A DNA stretch of 64,000 nt from Candidatus Sumerlaeaceae bacterium. Lineage in GTDB: Bacteria > Sumerlaeota > Sumerlaeia > Sumerlaeales > Sumerlaeaceae. Every line of letters begins with the position of its first letter. The stretch's first letter is position 1. The position numbers and the translations under genes were made by a program. Under the pieces are notes generated by a model. The model ran no database searches. It had not been told where the DNA came from and worked only from the letters and a program-made list of their open reading frames with translations. The stretch lies in contig JBPCLP010000003.1 in NCBI GenBank assembly GCA_051003195.1, forward strand, positions 1 to 64,000. The letters run 5' to 3'. This document shows positions 19,801 to 30,303 of this stretch, one piece after another.

Positions 19801-20946
19801 ATGCGAAACCGACGAACCTTTTTCAATGCGGTGCTGGGGTGTGCAGTTATAGCCGGCCAGCACTGCTGTGAGGCGGGCGAAACTCCCTATTTGACTCAGA
19901 TTGCAGAAAAAGCCGAGTCACGTTATGGCCGCTTGAATGATCTGCTGTCCTCGGGCACACGCCCGGTCCGATCTTCGTCCGATTGGCCTGACCGCCGCGC
20001 AGAGATCAATGCCACGCTGCTTACGTACCTCGGTCCGTTCCCGCGAAATCGCTGCGATATTCAGCCGCGCATACTCCGCGAAGAACAGATAGATGGCTAC
20101 ACGCGCAAGAAGGTGCGCTACCTGACCGAGCCGGGGGAGGACGTCACTGCGTTTCTCCTGATCCCTGACGGTGCGACCAGCACATCGCTGCGCCCCGCCG
20201 TACTGGCCTGCCACCAGACCAGTGAACCAGCGAAAGAAGAGGTGTGCGGCGTAACCTCCAGCCCCGCCAGCATGCAATATGGTCTGGACCTCGTGCGCCG
20301 CGGCTATGTGGTGCTGGCACCGGACAGCATCACGGCAGGGGAGCGCGTCTACGACGGCTATGAGCCGTTCGAGACGAAAGGTTTCGATGAAAGGAACCCG
20401 CAATGGTCCGCCATCGGTAAAATGGCGTGGGACCACATGCGCGGTCTCGACTACCTCGAGCTGCAGCCTTACGTCGATCGCGATCGCATCGGCGTGGTGG
20501 GGCATTCGCTGGGCGCCTATAACGCGTTCTTCCTGGCCGGTTTGGACGAGCGCGTGAAAGTAGTGGTGGAGAGCTGCGGCTATTGCACGATTGCGTCTGA
20601 CCCGGGGCGCGAGCGTTGGGCGCGCACGAAGTGGTTCGTACACATGCCGCGCTTACGACCCTTTGTCGCGCCCGGCAGCAAACTGAAATCGCCATTCGAT
20701 TTTCACGAGGTGCTATCACTCATCGCGCCCCGCCCGCTTTTTCAGTCGGTTGGGCTGCAGGACAAAATCTTCGGCACCGCCGACAGCGCGGCGCAGGTTC
20801 ACCTGCAGTTGCAAAAGTTGTATGGCCTGCTTGGCGCCGGCGACAAACTTGAGACCTATTTTTTCGACGGGCCGCACGATTTCCCGCCGGACGCGAAGGA
20901 GAGGGCGTACGCGTTCCTCGACCGTTGGTTAAAACCGGATCGCTGA
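19801..20946 (+). CDS. Secreted alpha/beta hydrolase (dienelactone hydrolase / carbohydrate esterase-like)
   Basis: RRTFF Tat-like leader; VDRDRIGVVGHSLG nucleophile elbow; LIAPRP; catalytic Asp/His candidates (QDKIF, GPHDF). Confidence 0.85.
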   Translation: MRNRRTFFNAVLGCAVIAGQHCCEAGETPYLTQIAEKAESRYGRLNDLLSSGTRPVRSSSDWPDRRAEINATLLTYLGPFPRNRCDIQPRILREEQIDGYTRKKVRYLTEPGEDVTAFLLIPDGATSTSLRPAVLACHQTSEPAKEEVCGVTSSPASMQYGLDLVRRGYVVLAPDSITAGERVYDGYEPFETKGFDERNPQWSAIGKMAWDHMRGLDYLELQPYVDRDRIGVVGHSLGAYNAFFLAGLDERVKVVVESCGYCTIASDPGRERWARTKWFVHMPRLRPFVAPGSKLKSPFDFHEVLSLIAPRPLFQSVGLQDKIFGTADSAAQVHLQLQKLYGLLGAGDKLETYFFDGPHDFPPDAKERAYAFLDRWLKPDR

Positions 20947-20957
20947 AAGTTTAGCCG

Positions 20958-23900
20958 TTAATACAGCCGCACGGTCGCCACCTGCTGCGGTTTCATCGGC
21001 ACGGCAAACTCGCCGTTCGTCTGCTGTAGTGGCGAGGAAGTGGAATCCTCCACCAGGTTCAAAAGCTCGGCTCGAATTGTGGAGCTGCCACGGACCCGCA
21101 CGCGTGCCGTCGTCGGAGTTTCCTGGGCGTTGCGCAAACGAACCACCATCCCGTTGCCATCTTCTGCGGCTTTGATCGTGCCAACGATGACGCCGTTTCC
21201 GGTCACGTTTACCTGTGGCGCGTCTTCCCTGGCTGTACCGCCCGGCGAGACCGCTGCGAGCATTGGCACCGCTGTGTCGCGTGCGAACCGCAGGCACTGC
21301 TCGTTCGTGAATCCAGCCTTGCCGCTCGTGATGTCGTAGCGGAACAGGAAATCGCCGCCCTGGCCGGCCTTGTAGTTGGTGTGCCAGTAGTTGTTCATCG
21401 CGTACGAGAAGATGGTCGGCGTGGTCAGTTCCGGATCCGCCGGCCAGCGCCCACGGTTCACGTTACCCAGGCAAACGAGTGGCACATCGGGCGAGGCCCA
21501 TATAATTTCCGTGCCGCGCTTCTCATCCGCACACGCCACGAAATCCTGCACGCAATACCACTCGTGGCAGGCGCCGTGGGCGAAATCTTTTTCGGGGCGC
21601 TGAATGGCGTTGCTCATCCCGAGCCGGAATTTCGGGTCGCTCCCCGCGAATGGAAAGGCGATATACACCGCTTCCTTGGTGCGAATCTCTTTTTTGCCAT
21701 GGAAGTGGACGTCCAGGCTGATCCGCTTCTGGCGGTTGTGTAGCCGAACGTACATAGTCATGTGCTGCATTGCCGGCGTGGCGGATCGCACCACGGCTTC
21801 CTGGCAGATCGGCCCGGCGTTTGGTTCCGGTTGCACGAAAGTCACGTTTGCCGCGGTCAGATACACCGTGCCCTTTGGCGGAGTCAGTGCGCGCGCGGTG
21901 TTCGTGTTCGCCACGACATCGGCGAAGGGGCCCTGGTCGGGGTGGATCATGCGCGTACCTTCACCCCCGGACGCATACACAAGCTGCCCGAAACTGTACG
22001 GACTGGCCCGATTCAGCAGTTCGGCGCCGGTCTCTTTGTCGACGATGCTGCTGATACCGGACGTGGTCGAGAGCTCGATGCGATAGAACGCGTTCTCGAG
22101 CGCATGCAGGCGCACATCCTGGCCGGTGACTGTTGCATCGGGACGCGCCAGGTCGGTGCTGATGATTTTCGTTCCGAGCGCAGGCACGTCCTCGGCATAG
22201 ATGTAATCCCGGAATAGTGTCGTGGTGGATTCTGTCTCGCCGGCGCGGCGCTCGAGACGCTGCACGTGACCATTGCGCGGATCGCGGATAAATCCAGCCG
22301 GCAGCTCAACGGGCCCGCTGCGTGTCCACGAGCACGGGTTGAAGACCACCAGCTCGCCACGCTTGGACGGCACGGCCTTCAGGTAGGCTTCGAGTCCCGC
22401 CTTTTGCAGGTCACGGGTTTCGCTATCGGGCCGGTGGGCGTATTCGGCTTTCGTGTTCCACTGGTCGATGGTCATGGGGTCGTCTGGTGAACTGATGGAT
22501 TGCGCAGCGCCCCACGTGTGTTCCGCGTAGAAGATGATATCTTCCCATGCCTTCTGGAAGCGTTCATACGGGTAAGACTCCGTGGCGCCGGCAAGCTTGG
22601 CGAGGCTCCACAGCGTCTCGGCGGTCGTGATTCGCCGCTGGTTTTCCATGTGGATCGTCGTTTCTTTTTGCGTGGAACCGGCGCCATCCTCCCAGAACGC
22701 GCCGAAATCTTTCGCACGGACCTCGATCTTTTTCGCAAAATGCTTTTCGAGATATTCGAAAAACTCCGGGCCACGCGAGACGATGATTTGAGGATACGCA
22801 TAGCGCGCATTCCATTCCTTCAGAAGATCGCCATATCTCGTATCCACTTCCCAGTTGTCCAGGAACGCGCCATAAAGATATGCTGCATCGTAGGGATACT
22901 CTGCGCCTTTGCGCTCGTGACCTCGCACCACGCCGGCTACGTTTTCGTACATCGTGTCAAGGTCCTGCGACTGCGCCAGCCAGGCACTTTGCGCATAGCC
23001 CTCGCTCAGCCACGTCAGTACTCGCGATCCATCGGGTCCTTCCCAGTAAAACGGCGCACGGATGCCGGAGTGGCGCAGTACCGGGCCGCGGTCCTGGTTG
23101 CAGCCTTCCGAAAAATAGGGCACTCCGCTGGCTGCCATCGCCGAGGCGAGACCGCGTGTTGCGCTCGGAATGTCGGTCATGAGAGAAGTCGAAACATCGA
23201 TGCCATAATTGCGACGCAATCCTGCCGCGTAGTAGGCGTAGTGGTTCATCGCTTCGTCGCTCATCAGCGCGGTAAGCATGTTCAGGTAGCCCGCGTTCAA
23301 CCCGAGCCGCCCCTGCTTCATTAGCGAGATCAGCTCCTGCTGCGCGGTCGTCGGGCGATCATTGAAATAGTTCTGAACTTCCCACGCCACCTCGATGCTC
23401 CACTTGAACAGCGGGTTGCGCTGGCACATCTCCATCACTTTGTCGAGGTTCGCATTGTGCCGGTGGAACACGTCGATCTGCCGGTGCGTGTAGCCGATGT
23501 CGGTGTGGATGCTTGGCTGGACGAAAATCTTCCACTTGCGCTGGGGCGAGATCGCCACCTCGGTGCGGATCGGTTCTGCGCCAGGGCCGTCCGCAGCGAA
23601 CTCGATGGTAACGGTCGTGTTTTGCTCCGCCGCGGGAACCAACACGTCAAAACTGTTCCCGCCGAACTTCAGTTGCGAACCTGCGCCTGACTGGGTGGTG
23701 TTCTGTTTGCCGGCGACGCCGGTGCGGATGGACGCGTTCACCGGCGGCCCGTGATTGATGACAGTTCCACGGATGACCTGCTGAAGACCACTTGCGGTAC
23801 CCGTCGTAAGGCAGGGCGTCTGTTCGAATTTCAGGTCGCTGAAACGCACCGCCGACTTCGACTCATCCACTTCCAGTTGCACGTTGTCGTAGAGCATCCA

Positions 23901-24428
23901 TGCGCCGTCGACGATCGTGAGCGCGATCTCGTTGCTACCCGCTCGCAACATCTCGGGGAAGAACTCGACTCGCGTGCTGCCCGGCTTGCCTTTGGATTCA
24001 TCATAAAGAGCCTCGTCCCCGGGCCCGCGCGGCACCGGCGTCACTGTCGTGTTGCCGTTGATGCTGGCCTGCATCTTCTCCTGCGCACCCGCGTAGCTGC
24101 CCAGCGAGTTGACAACAACAGCGCATTGTCCCTTCGGCACGGCTGGAAGATCGAAGCGGATTTTCAGCGTATGCGTTTTTTCCCCCGCCCATCGATCAAC
24201 CGGGCCGGGGTGAATGTACGGCCACTTAACGGCAGCATCCTTGCCCGCCTGGAACGAGAAGTCCGCGGGCACCTCTTTCGAGAACCGATCGAAGTGGCGC
24301 TCGAGGCCGAACTCACGGCCGGACTGATCCTGCTGGCCGATGGTCCACAGGACGGTGGGGGCACCAGCCGCGGTTGCCATGAATGCATACGAAAAACTGA
24401 CTGCAACGAATCCGCGTAGAGTTTTCAT
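20958..24428 (-). CDS. Secreted GH38-like glycoside hydrolase with N-terminal CBM-like domain
   Basis: Signal peptide; LWTIGQQD..REF and MLYDNVQLE; HTDIGYT, PFYWEGPDGSRVLTW, EHTWG, MNNYWHTNY, IKAAEDGNGMVVRL. Confidence 0.85.
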   Translation of the reverse strand: MKTLRGFVAVSFSYAFMATAAGAPTVLWTIGQQDQSGREFGLERHFDRFSKEVPADFSFQAGKDAAVKWPYIHPGPVDRWAGEKTHTLKIRFDLPAVPKGQCAVVVNSLGSYAGAQEKMQASINGNTTVTPVPRGPGDEALYDESKGKPGSTRVEFFPEMLRAGSNEIALTIVDGAWMLYDNVQLEVDESKSAVRFSDLKFEQTPCLTTGTASGLQQVIRGTVINHGPPVNASIRTGVAGKQNTTQSGAGSQLKFGGNSFDVLVPAAEQNTTVTIEFAADGPGAEPIRTEVAISPQRKWKIFVQPSIHTDIGYTHRQIDVFHRHNANLDKVMEMCQRNPLFKWSIEVAWEVQNYFNDRPTTAQQELISLMKQGRLGLNAGYLNMLTALMSDEAMNHYAYYAAGLRRNYGIDVSTSLMTDIPSATRGLASAMAASGVPYFSEGCNQDRGPVLRHSGIRAPFYWEGPDGSRVLTWLSEGYAQSAWLAQSQDLDTMYENVAGVVRGHERKGAEYPYDAAYLYGAFLDNWEVDTRYGDLLKEWNARYAYPQIIVSRGPEFFEYLEKHFAKKIEVRAKDFGAFWEDGAGSTQKETTIHMENQRRITTAETLWSLAKLAGATESYPYERFQKAWEDIIFYAEHTWGAAQSISSPDDPMTIDQWNTKAEYAHRPDSETRDLQKAGLEAYLKAVPSKRGELVVFNPCSWTRSGPVELPAGFIRDPRNGHVQRLERRAGETESTTTLFRDYIYAEDVPALGTKIISTDLARPDATVTGQDVRLHALENAFYRIELSTTSGISSIVDKETGAELLNRASPYSFGQLVYASGGEGTRMIHPDQGPFADVVANTNTARALTPPKGTVYLTAANVTFVQPEPNAGPICQEAVVRSATPAMQHMTMYVRLHNRQKRISLDVHFHGKKEIRTKEAVYIAFPFAGSDPKFRLGMSNAIQRPEKDFAHGACHEWYCVQDFVACADEKRGTEIIWASPDVPLVCLGNVNRGRWPADPELTTPTIFSYAMNNYWHTNYKAGQGGDFLFRYDITSGKAGFTNEQCLRFARDTAVPMLAAVSPGGTAREDAPQVNVTGNGVIVGTIKAAEDGNGMVVRLRNAQETPTTARVRVRGSSTIRAELLNLVEDSTSSPLQQTNGEFAVPMKPQQVATVRLY

Positions 24429-24494
24429 AATACCGGTGCAATGGCCCCACACGCGATAATAAAGGGAAATAAGCGCAGTTTGACGGAAATCGGG

Positions 24495-24953
24495 TTAGTG
24501 GTATCGAACCGCCTTCACGTGACGCCCGTCCCGCTCGAGGTGAATGAAGGCCAGTTGCGTGCAAATGACGTCGGGTATGCCACGCAGCCATGGCAAACGA
24601 AGCGTGATCGAGCCAAGCTGTTGTTTAATCCGCCTCTGAACAGGGCAAAGATCGATCACCCGGTAATGTGGGTCCGAAGGAAAAGTTTTAATCGGAAAAC
24701 CCATCGCGGCAGTCCGCCTTTCAAGTGCCGGCCAGTCGCCGCTGCTGTCGATTACCGCCTGCTTGAACTGCGCGATTCTCGAGAGCGGCTGCACCTCGAA
24801 TGCGTAGTGGTAACTCAGCGCGATGAACAGCACCACTGCGGCCCATATAAGCAGGGGAGAGACGCGCCAATGCGAAGCAGTCGTGGGTTCTTCGCGCTCG
24901 CCACGCACGGGATCCAGCGACGCGCTTTGTTCACCCGCGCCGCCCGGGTTCAC
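24495..24953 (-). CDS. Hypothetical membrane-anchored protein
   Basis: One TM segment; GTGA overlap with the upstream dioxygenase stop. Confidence 0.55.
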   Translation of the reverse strand: MNPGGAGEQSASLDPVRGEREEPTTASHWRVSPLLIWAAVVLFIALSYHYAFEVQPLSRIAQFKQAVIDSSGDWPALERRTAAMGFPIKTFPSDPHYRVIDLCPVQRRIKQQLGSITLRLPWLRGIPDVICTQLAFIHLERDGRHVKAVRYH

Positions 24954-25702
24954 AGGTACTCCAGTGGATTCCCGCCGACATTCTCCCCGCGCGCATGCCA
25001 GACCTTAAAGCCTTCATTGATCGGGCCCCCGGTCACCTTCATGCCGAGATCGAAATAGCGCATCGTGTAACCGCAACGCCGGCGCGGGCTGGTGTTAGCC
25101 TCGGCACCGTGCGCGATGCGCGAATCGTGCAGCGAGCACTCGTCCGGTTGCAGCTCAAAGTACACCGCATCCGCATCGCTGAACGTCTGCCCGCTGATCT
25201 CCTTGTCGAACAGGTTCCGGTTTGCATCCACCGCCGAGTACTCGAACCCCTCGCCTTTGTGCGTGCCGGGTATCACCTTCATGCATCCGTTTTCCTTGTC
25301 GGACGGATCGAGCGCCAGCCACATCGTCACGATGGCATCAAAGCGGTCGAACCGGCCCTTCCAGTAATCGGCATCGGTGTGCCAGGGCGTGGCGCGGCCG
25401 GTGCGCGGCTCCTTGCAGATGAAGTGGCTCGACCACAACCCGATATTCGGACCTATGATCGGCTGCACGACATCCAGCACTTCGTCGGCCAGCAGGAACT
25501 CGAACAGGCGCGGCTCGGCAAAGTGCGGCGTGTCCAGCTCGTCCATCCGTTTGGCGCCGCGCGTGGCAGCGATCTCCTCGAACAGTGCGCGCAGCCGCTC
25601 GAATTTCTCTGCGGAAAACACCGGCTTGCGGTGCAGCCAGTAGCCGTGCTCGCGGTAAAATTCCGGCCCGGCCGGATCGAGTGTGGTGGTTGTGGTTAAC
25701 AT
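24950..25702 (-). CDS. Phytanoyl-CoA dioxygenase family Fe(II)/2OG enzyme
   Basis: TPWHTD, WLALD..ENGCMKVIPGTH, AHGAEANTSPRRR. Confidence 0.93.
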   Translation of the reverse strand: MLTTTTTLDPAGPEFYREHGYWLHRKPVFSAEKFERLRALFEEIAATRGAKRMDELDTPHFAEPRLFEFLLADEVLDVVQPIIGPNIGLWSSHFICKEPRTGRATPWHTDADYWKGRFDRFDAIVTMWLALDPSDKENGCMKVIPGTHKGEGFEYSAVDANRNLFDKEISGQTFSDADAVYFELQPDECSLHDSRIAHGAEANTSPRRRCGYTMRYFDLGMKVTGGPINEGFKVWHARGENVGGNPLEYL

Positions 25703-25763
25703 GGGACCAGGTATGACGCCCGTCGAATCCGGTTTTCAAGTGTGTCTTACTGCTAAACCCCAC

Positions 25764-25853
25764 ATCACCACCCCGAACCTGGCGGATCAGATCACCACCG
25801 CGAATCCGGCGGAAGTGGCCGACCAGCTCACCACCCCGAATCCGGCGCACCAG
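25764..25853. repeat. Three tandem 27/36/27-bp repeats
   Basis: Units (a/c)tcaccacc(c/g)cgaa..(t/c)ggcg...cag; a fourth copy lies at 26531-26566. Confidence 0.8.
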
Positions 25854-25932
25854 ATCGGCACTGCGAGTGTTAACAAGCGACCAGCGGCGTCACTTCACCC
25901 CCTGCAGTCTTGTGAACACGGACTTCTCAACG

Positions 25933-26357
25933 TCAGGTAGGAAAGCTGGACTTGTACCGCGGATAGTTCCCGATGTACAGCAGGCCGCCGATAAAGATAA
26001 AGAGCATCGTCTTAGAGAGCAGGTTGCCCGTGAACGTGTTGTAGTTTTCGCCCCTCGGCACTTCGAAATAAAGTAGCCCTACCACCAGCGTTCCGATCCA
26101 AATGGTAAGCCACAGCGTTATCAGCAGAACCTGGAGCCGCGACAGTTGTGCGGATAATGGAGCGGCGATCAGGCAATAACAATTTTTCGGCAGAACGAGA
26201 GCTACGCCGCTGAGAAGCAAACGAGGGCTGCGAAAGTGGCCCACGACATATATGTTTCAAATGCCGCGACAGCAACTATCGCAATACTCCAGAAAAGCAA
26301 ACCTGGCCAGAATTTGAATGCTTGTACACCCTCCGGCGCCAGTTCCGCATTGTTCAT
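25933..26357 (-). pseudogene. Frameshifted small polytopic membrane protein
   Basis: Hydrophobic ORF MNNAELAP..ALVCFSAA* continues in another frame as LLSGVALVLPK..YKSSFPT; junction near 26200-26220. Confidence 0.5.
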
Positions 26358-26630
26358 GTAAGTGCGGAACACACTAGTCGGATTTAAAGTCAATGCGTTG
26401 CCACGCAGGCGAATGGCGGTCGTGGGGAATTGGGGGGAACGTTTCTGCCATTTTTCCTCCTGCGCGCAGGCGATTGTTTGCTGATGGCATCGTAAGGCTC
26501 CCGGCGATAGGCAAAGGCGCAACGCACTGAATCACCACCCCGAACCCGGCGGAAGTGGCGGACCACTGTTTTGTAAATTCATCTGCCGATGGGAGTTGCA
26601 CTGGCACAACGCGCGCACCAATACCGGATC

Positions 26631-26906
26631 ATGACCGCTCGAAACAGGCTGCGCAAAGTGCTGGAGGATGTGGTGGAGAAGCGGTTTCTCTACTACGGTT
26701 TTGGAATTGTGCCGATTGGGCTGGAGCCGGAGGATTACGGCGTCGACATCGTGCGCAACCTGCCGCGTGCCGAGGCGACTGGATCCATTGAGGAACTGTA
26801 CGGCGTACTCTCACGCTACTTCTATTCGTTGGGATTCGCGGTGCTCAACCGCGTCGCGACGATCGATACGATGCAATTGATTGTGCGCGCGCTGCCCGAC
26901 GAGTGA
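26631..26906 (+). CDS. Hypothetical protein (91 aa)
   Basis: Host-like codon usage, MTARNRLRKVLEDVVEKRF. Confidence 0.6.
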   Translation: MTARNRLRKVLEDVVEKRFLYYGFGIVPIGLEPEDYGVDIVRNLPRAEATGSIEELYGVLSRYFYSLGFAVLNRVATIDTMQLIVRALPDE

Positions 26907-26991
26907 GCGACGGCTGCGGTTAGGCGGCCAGTTTCGGTTTTGCCTGATTCAGTTGCCAAAGTTATTCGGCAGCGAAGGAGAGGGAGCATAG

Positions 26992-27447
26992 TTGCAGTCG
27001 ATTGACGTAAAGCTGATTCTCCTGTACCTGGCCGTTGGAGCTGGATTACTATCTGCAGCACTGCTCGTATGGATATACGCGAAGCATGGGCCTGGTGCGC
27101 TTTCTCGCCGCGGTGTTTTCCTGGCTCTCACACCCAATCTTATCGCTGGCGCTCTCATTGTTACGCTCGCCGCGCACATGCGGATCAGCCTGGGTGGCTG
27201 GCCTCAGTCGATCGGAGAAGCGGGCTTCCCGCGCCTGCTGCTTTTTCACGCGAATGTCAGCATGTACTACTTCCTCTTTTTGCTTTTTGCAACTATCGTG
27301 ATGTGGCCGTTGGCCGTTATTATATCTACAGCTGTTCCCGGCCGGGCGCCACTGCCATACCTTGCATTGTACTTCATCGCGTATTGGTCCACGTGGGGAA
27401 TACTCCAGCTGATGCCGCCTGGATTTCTGTATTGGTGGTGGGATTAG
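26992..27447 (+). CDS. Hypothetical membrane protein
   Basis: Four hydrophobic segments, GGAG RBS, C-terminal FLYWWWD. Confidence 0.7.
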   Translation: MQSIDVKLILLYLAVGAGLLSAALLVWIYAKHGPGALSRRGVFLALTPNLIAGALIVTLAAHMRISLGGWPQSIGEAGFPRLLLFHANVSMYYFLFLLFATIVMWPLAVIISTAVPGRAPLPYLALYFIAYWSTWGILQLMPPGFLYWWWD

Positions 27448-27850
27448 AATGAGCAGGGCGGAATGCATTAGGCATTTGGTCTGGCGACGGTTGCCATGAA
27501 AGATGCTGCGCCAAATCTGGCACGAGGAAGCCACAAGCCTGGTCAATGACATCAACAGCCAGCGTGAAACGTTTGAAGAGCTGACGGGCTATATGACCGA
27601 TGATGTTCAGACCGCCAACGGTACGCTGCAAACCGCTGTAAAGTCCTGGATGACCTGCAGGAGCTGGGCAAGTTCGCCTGGGCTGTTGCTCTCAGCGCTC
27701 CGGGGTTTATTGGCTGGTTGAGCTACTTCTGTGCGGTCTCCACCGCACGGAAATCTAAGCCGCGTGGAGAACTCCTTTCTCCAAATGCGCGATCCTTATC
27801 ATGAAAGTGCCAAAATTTACTTGCTAACACATGCTTAAATTGAAACCATA

Positions 27851-29467
27851 CTAAAGCTCGTAGCGGCCCAAAATAATTAAGGGGTGATTCGCGGCAGCGT
27901 AATTGGTGATAAGTACTCGGACTCTCTTTGTAACTGCCGAATCGTTCGCATAAAATGTATAAATTGAACCATCTGATTCTGTTTCGCCCATCGTGGTTCC
28001 GCCACACATGACGTAGAATGCAACACCAACCGGGTAATATAGGTCTGTGTCCTCAACTGTAACTTCCAGCGCTTCCCACGGCGCGACCTCAACGCTAATC
28101 CAGCGGCCATTTGCATCCAGATTCGATGGGAAGGAGCTGCAACGGTCTATCCCGACGGATGGAATCATAACCCCGTCACTACTGAATGTGTCTGTGGGAG
28201 TTGCAGGTTGTGCAAAAGCACACGAAGCGCCTGCATATCCAGCTACCAAACTGCAAGCAGCAAGCTGAGTGTTGGTTTCGCCCAGTATGTAGTAGTCACT
28301 TCCGTCCGGAATAAATGAGAGCTCGATCGGAGAGTTCGGCCCACTGATTGGACAATTTGCGACGGAAGAAAGTGATGTCGTTTTGTAAAGTGCAAGCGCG
28401 TGAGTGGTCGGCGAATTGAAAACAATTGTAACGGGTCGCCCGTCGTTTGGCGGGGAAACTTTCCACCAACGATCACGATAGCCTAACCCAGAGGTATTAG
28501 TCGGAGCATATGCATCGGAACATCCTACCATAGAATCATTAAAAGTCCAACCTGTGTCAAGCTGCATAGCCGGTATTTGCTGAGCCGTTGAATAAGTATC
28601 GGGAAATGGCCAAATGGACGGAACAATGCCCATCTCCCCCTCAACGATCTCTATTCCGCATAGTATATGCTCTGCGTCAGTCGCATCGCCGTCTTCGCCT
28701 GGGGTGCCTGTTATATACTCCATGCTACAATTGTAGCCCCAACTTCCAATAGTTCCACTGCCAGCGCCGGAACTACACCAATTGCCCCCGTCGCCGCCAT
28801 TACTGCCGTTTGCAGGAACTCCAATTGATTCATCTGCTTGTTGACCTGGAGCGCCGCCATTACCGCCGGTGGCTCCTCCGATGAATTGGATGGTTTCCTC
28901 TCCGTCTATCTTCTCAGCTGACAAACGGCTCAACATCGGTGTTAGGCCAGCATTGCCCCCATTTCCGCCATGTCCCGAGACTGCTTCGCAGCCACTGTTG
29001 TGCTCCGCTCCATCGCCGCCAGCACCGCCACTTCCACCTGCAAAATTCATTGTAAGTGGTTCGAACTGGCTCGAAGCGCAATTGATGTAACGAGCGCGAA
29101 CGAGTAAGCCACCTCCAAAACCCCCTTCTGCACCCTTTCCTCCGCTGGTACCAGTTTCGGATGGGCTCCAGCCCCCGTCCCCGCCTCTGCCGCCGCTACC
29201 CCCAACAAAGTTAAATGCCCCCGACAAAGTAACGGTGGTCGCGCGTACAATGAGTATACCAGCGTCTGTCCCATCCTCTCCATCTGCACCGTCTTCGAGT
29301 GTACCACCATTGGCGCCGTTATCTCCATTTGTACCCGACAAGGCCGTGTTCCAATCAGGCCCATAGATATTCACAGCGGTGTTGTTGAGGATCGATATCG
29401 GTTCTGCATGAGCGGAGGCAAGTGGTAGGTACAGCCCTACTACGAGCCATTTGAGTGATGTGGTCAT
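27851..29467 (-). CDS. Secreted Gly-rich protein with C-terminal beta-sandwich-like modules
   Basis: AAGGAGG RBS, signal peptide, GGxGGxGG repeats, Cys-containing modules; lower GC. Confidence 0.8.
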   Translation of the reverse strand: MTTSLKWLVVGLYLPLASAHAEPISILNNTAVNIYGPDWNTALSGTNGDNGANGGTLEDGADGEDGTDAGILIVRATTVTLSGAFNFVGGSGGRGGDGGWSPSETGTSGGKGAEGGFGGGLLVRARYINCASSQFEPLTMNFAGGSGGAGGDGAEHNSGCEAVSGHGGNGGNAGLTPMLSRLSAEKIDGEETIQFIGGATGGNGGAPGQQADESIGVPANGSNGGDGGNWCSSGAGSGTIGSWGYNCSMEYITGTPGEDGDATDAEHILCGIEIVEGEMGIVPSIWPFPDTYSTAQQIPAMQLDTGWTFNDSMVGCSDAYAPTNTSGLGYRDRWWKVSPPNDGRPVTIVFNSPTTHALALYKTTSLSSVANCPISGPNSPIELSFIPDGSDYYILGETNTQLAACSLVAGYAGASCAFAQPATPTDTFSSDGVMIPSVGIDRCSSFPSNLDANGRWISVEVAPWEALEVTVEDTDLYYPVGVAFYVMCGGTTMGETESDGSIYTFYANDSAVTKRVRVLITNYAAANHPLIILGRYEL

Positions 29468-29589
29468 GACTATCCTCCTTTAAGGATACTATCAATTTTC
29501 CTTAAAGGCTAATGACTGTGTCAAGAGAATCGGTGCAAAACAGATAAAGGGCGGCAGGCAGGCTCGGCTCCGTGTTCTTCCTTTACGTA

Positions 29590-30303
29590 TTACCTCTGCT
29601 GCGTCATAGCCGCCGTATAGAACGCCTGACCCTCGCCCTGCTTTTGGCCACCGACGCGCCAGATGCTTCCGCGGGAAACAGTTCCATTTGTCGGATCATA
29701 AAGCATTTTCATGCAGAGCGCGACAGCTGCTGGCGTGTCCTGGTCATTCACCGTTTGATTAAAGAATGTTCCCGGATTGTGGTGCATGCGATCAGGTCCG
29801 CAAGATTCAAGTATCCACCAAGTCGGTTTCTCGGGTGAAGGGTGAGTGTTACCCCCAGGATCACCCCACACCGACTGATTTTGTTGACGCGAACTATACC
29901 AGTACTTGAAAAAATTTTCGCGATCGGCGAACTGCTCAATGGGCTTTATGACATCAAGAGTTGCAGTCTGGTAGGTTCCGATTCCTTTAAACGGATCATT
30001 ATAGTTGCCGCCGCCGGTGAGGTACGCGACTGGTGTCGATAGACGTTCAAGAGTAGGCTGCATGCCTCCGCCGATTGGGTCAAAAGCAAATACACGTGAA
30101 GATCCATTGCTGAACGGATAGACATTTTCGTCCACCGCGTAGGCTTCCAAACCTGTTGCAATGACCCGCAGATCATTCTTTGCGCGCGCAGTTTTTGCGC
30201 GGGTCTGCGCCTCCAGGAAATTTGGAACTGCGATTGCTGCCAGGACGGCAATGATGGCTACTACAATGAGCAGCTCGATGAGAGTGAACGCGCGATGCGA
30301 CAC
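29590..30303 (-). CDS. Prepilin-type N-terminal cleavage/methylation domain protein (GspG-like)
   Basis: AFTLIELLIVVAIIAVLAAIAVPNFLEAQTRAK..LEAYAVD; SCGPD and YDPTNGTVSRG C-terminal motifs. Confidence 0.93.
   Translation of the reverse strand: MSHRAFTLIELLIVVAIIAVLAAIAVPNFLEAQTRAKTARAKNDLRVIATGLEAYAVDENVYPFSNGSSRVFAFDPIGGGMQPTLERLSTPVAYLTGGGNYNDPFKGIGTYQTATLDVIKPIEQFADRENFFKYWYSSRQQNQSVWGDPGGNTHPSPEKPTWWILESCGPDRMHHNPGTFFNQTVNDQDTPAAVALCMKMLYDPTNGTVSRGSIWRVGGQKQGEGQAFYTAAMTQQR

Noticed and set aside
25764..25853. CRISPR array
   Set aside because: Repeats are directly adjacent and degenerate, with no unique spacers and no cas genes in the window
27503..27721. 72-aa ORF with a helical, tape-measure-like feel
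   Set aside because: No RBS or recognisable motif; cannot be supported
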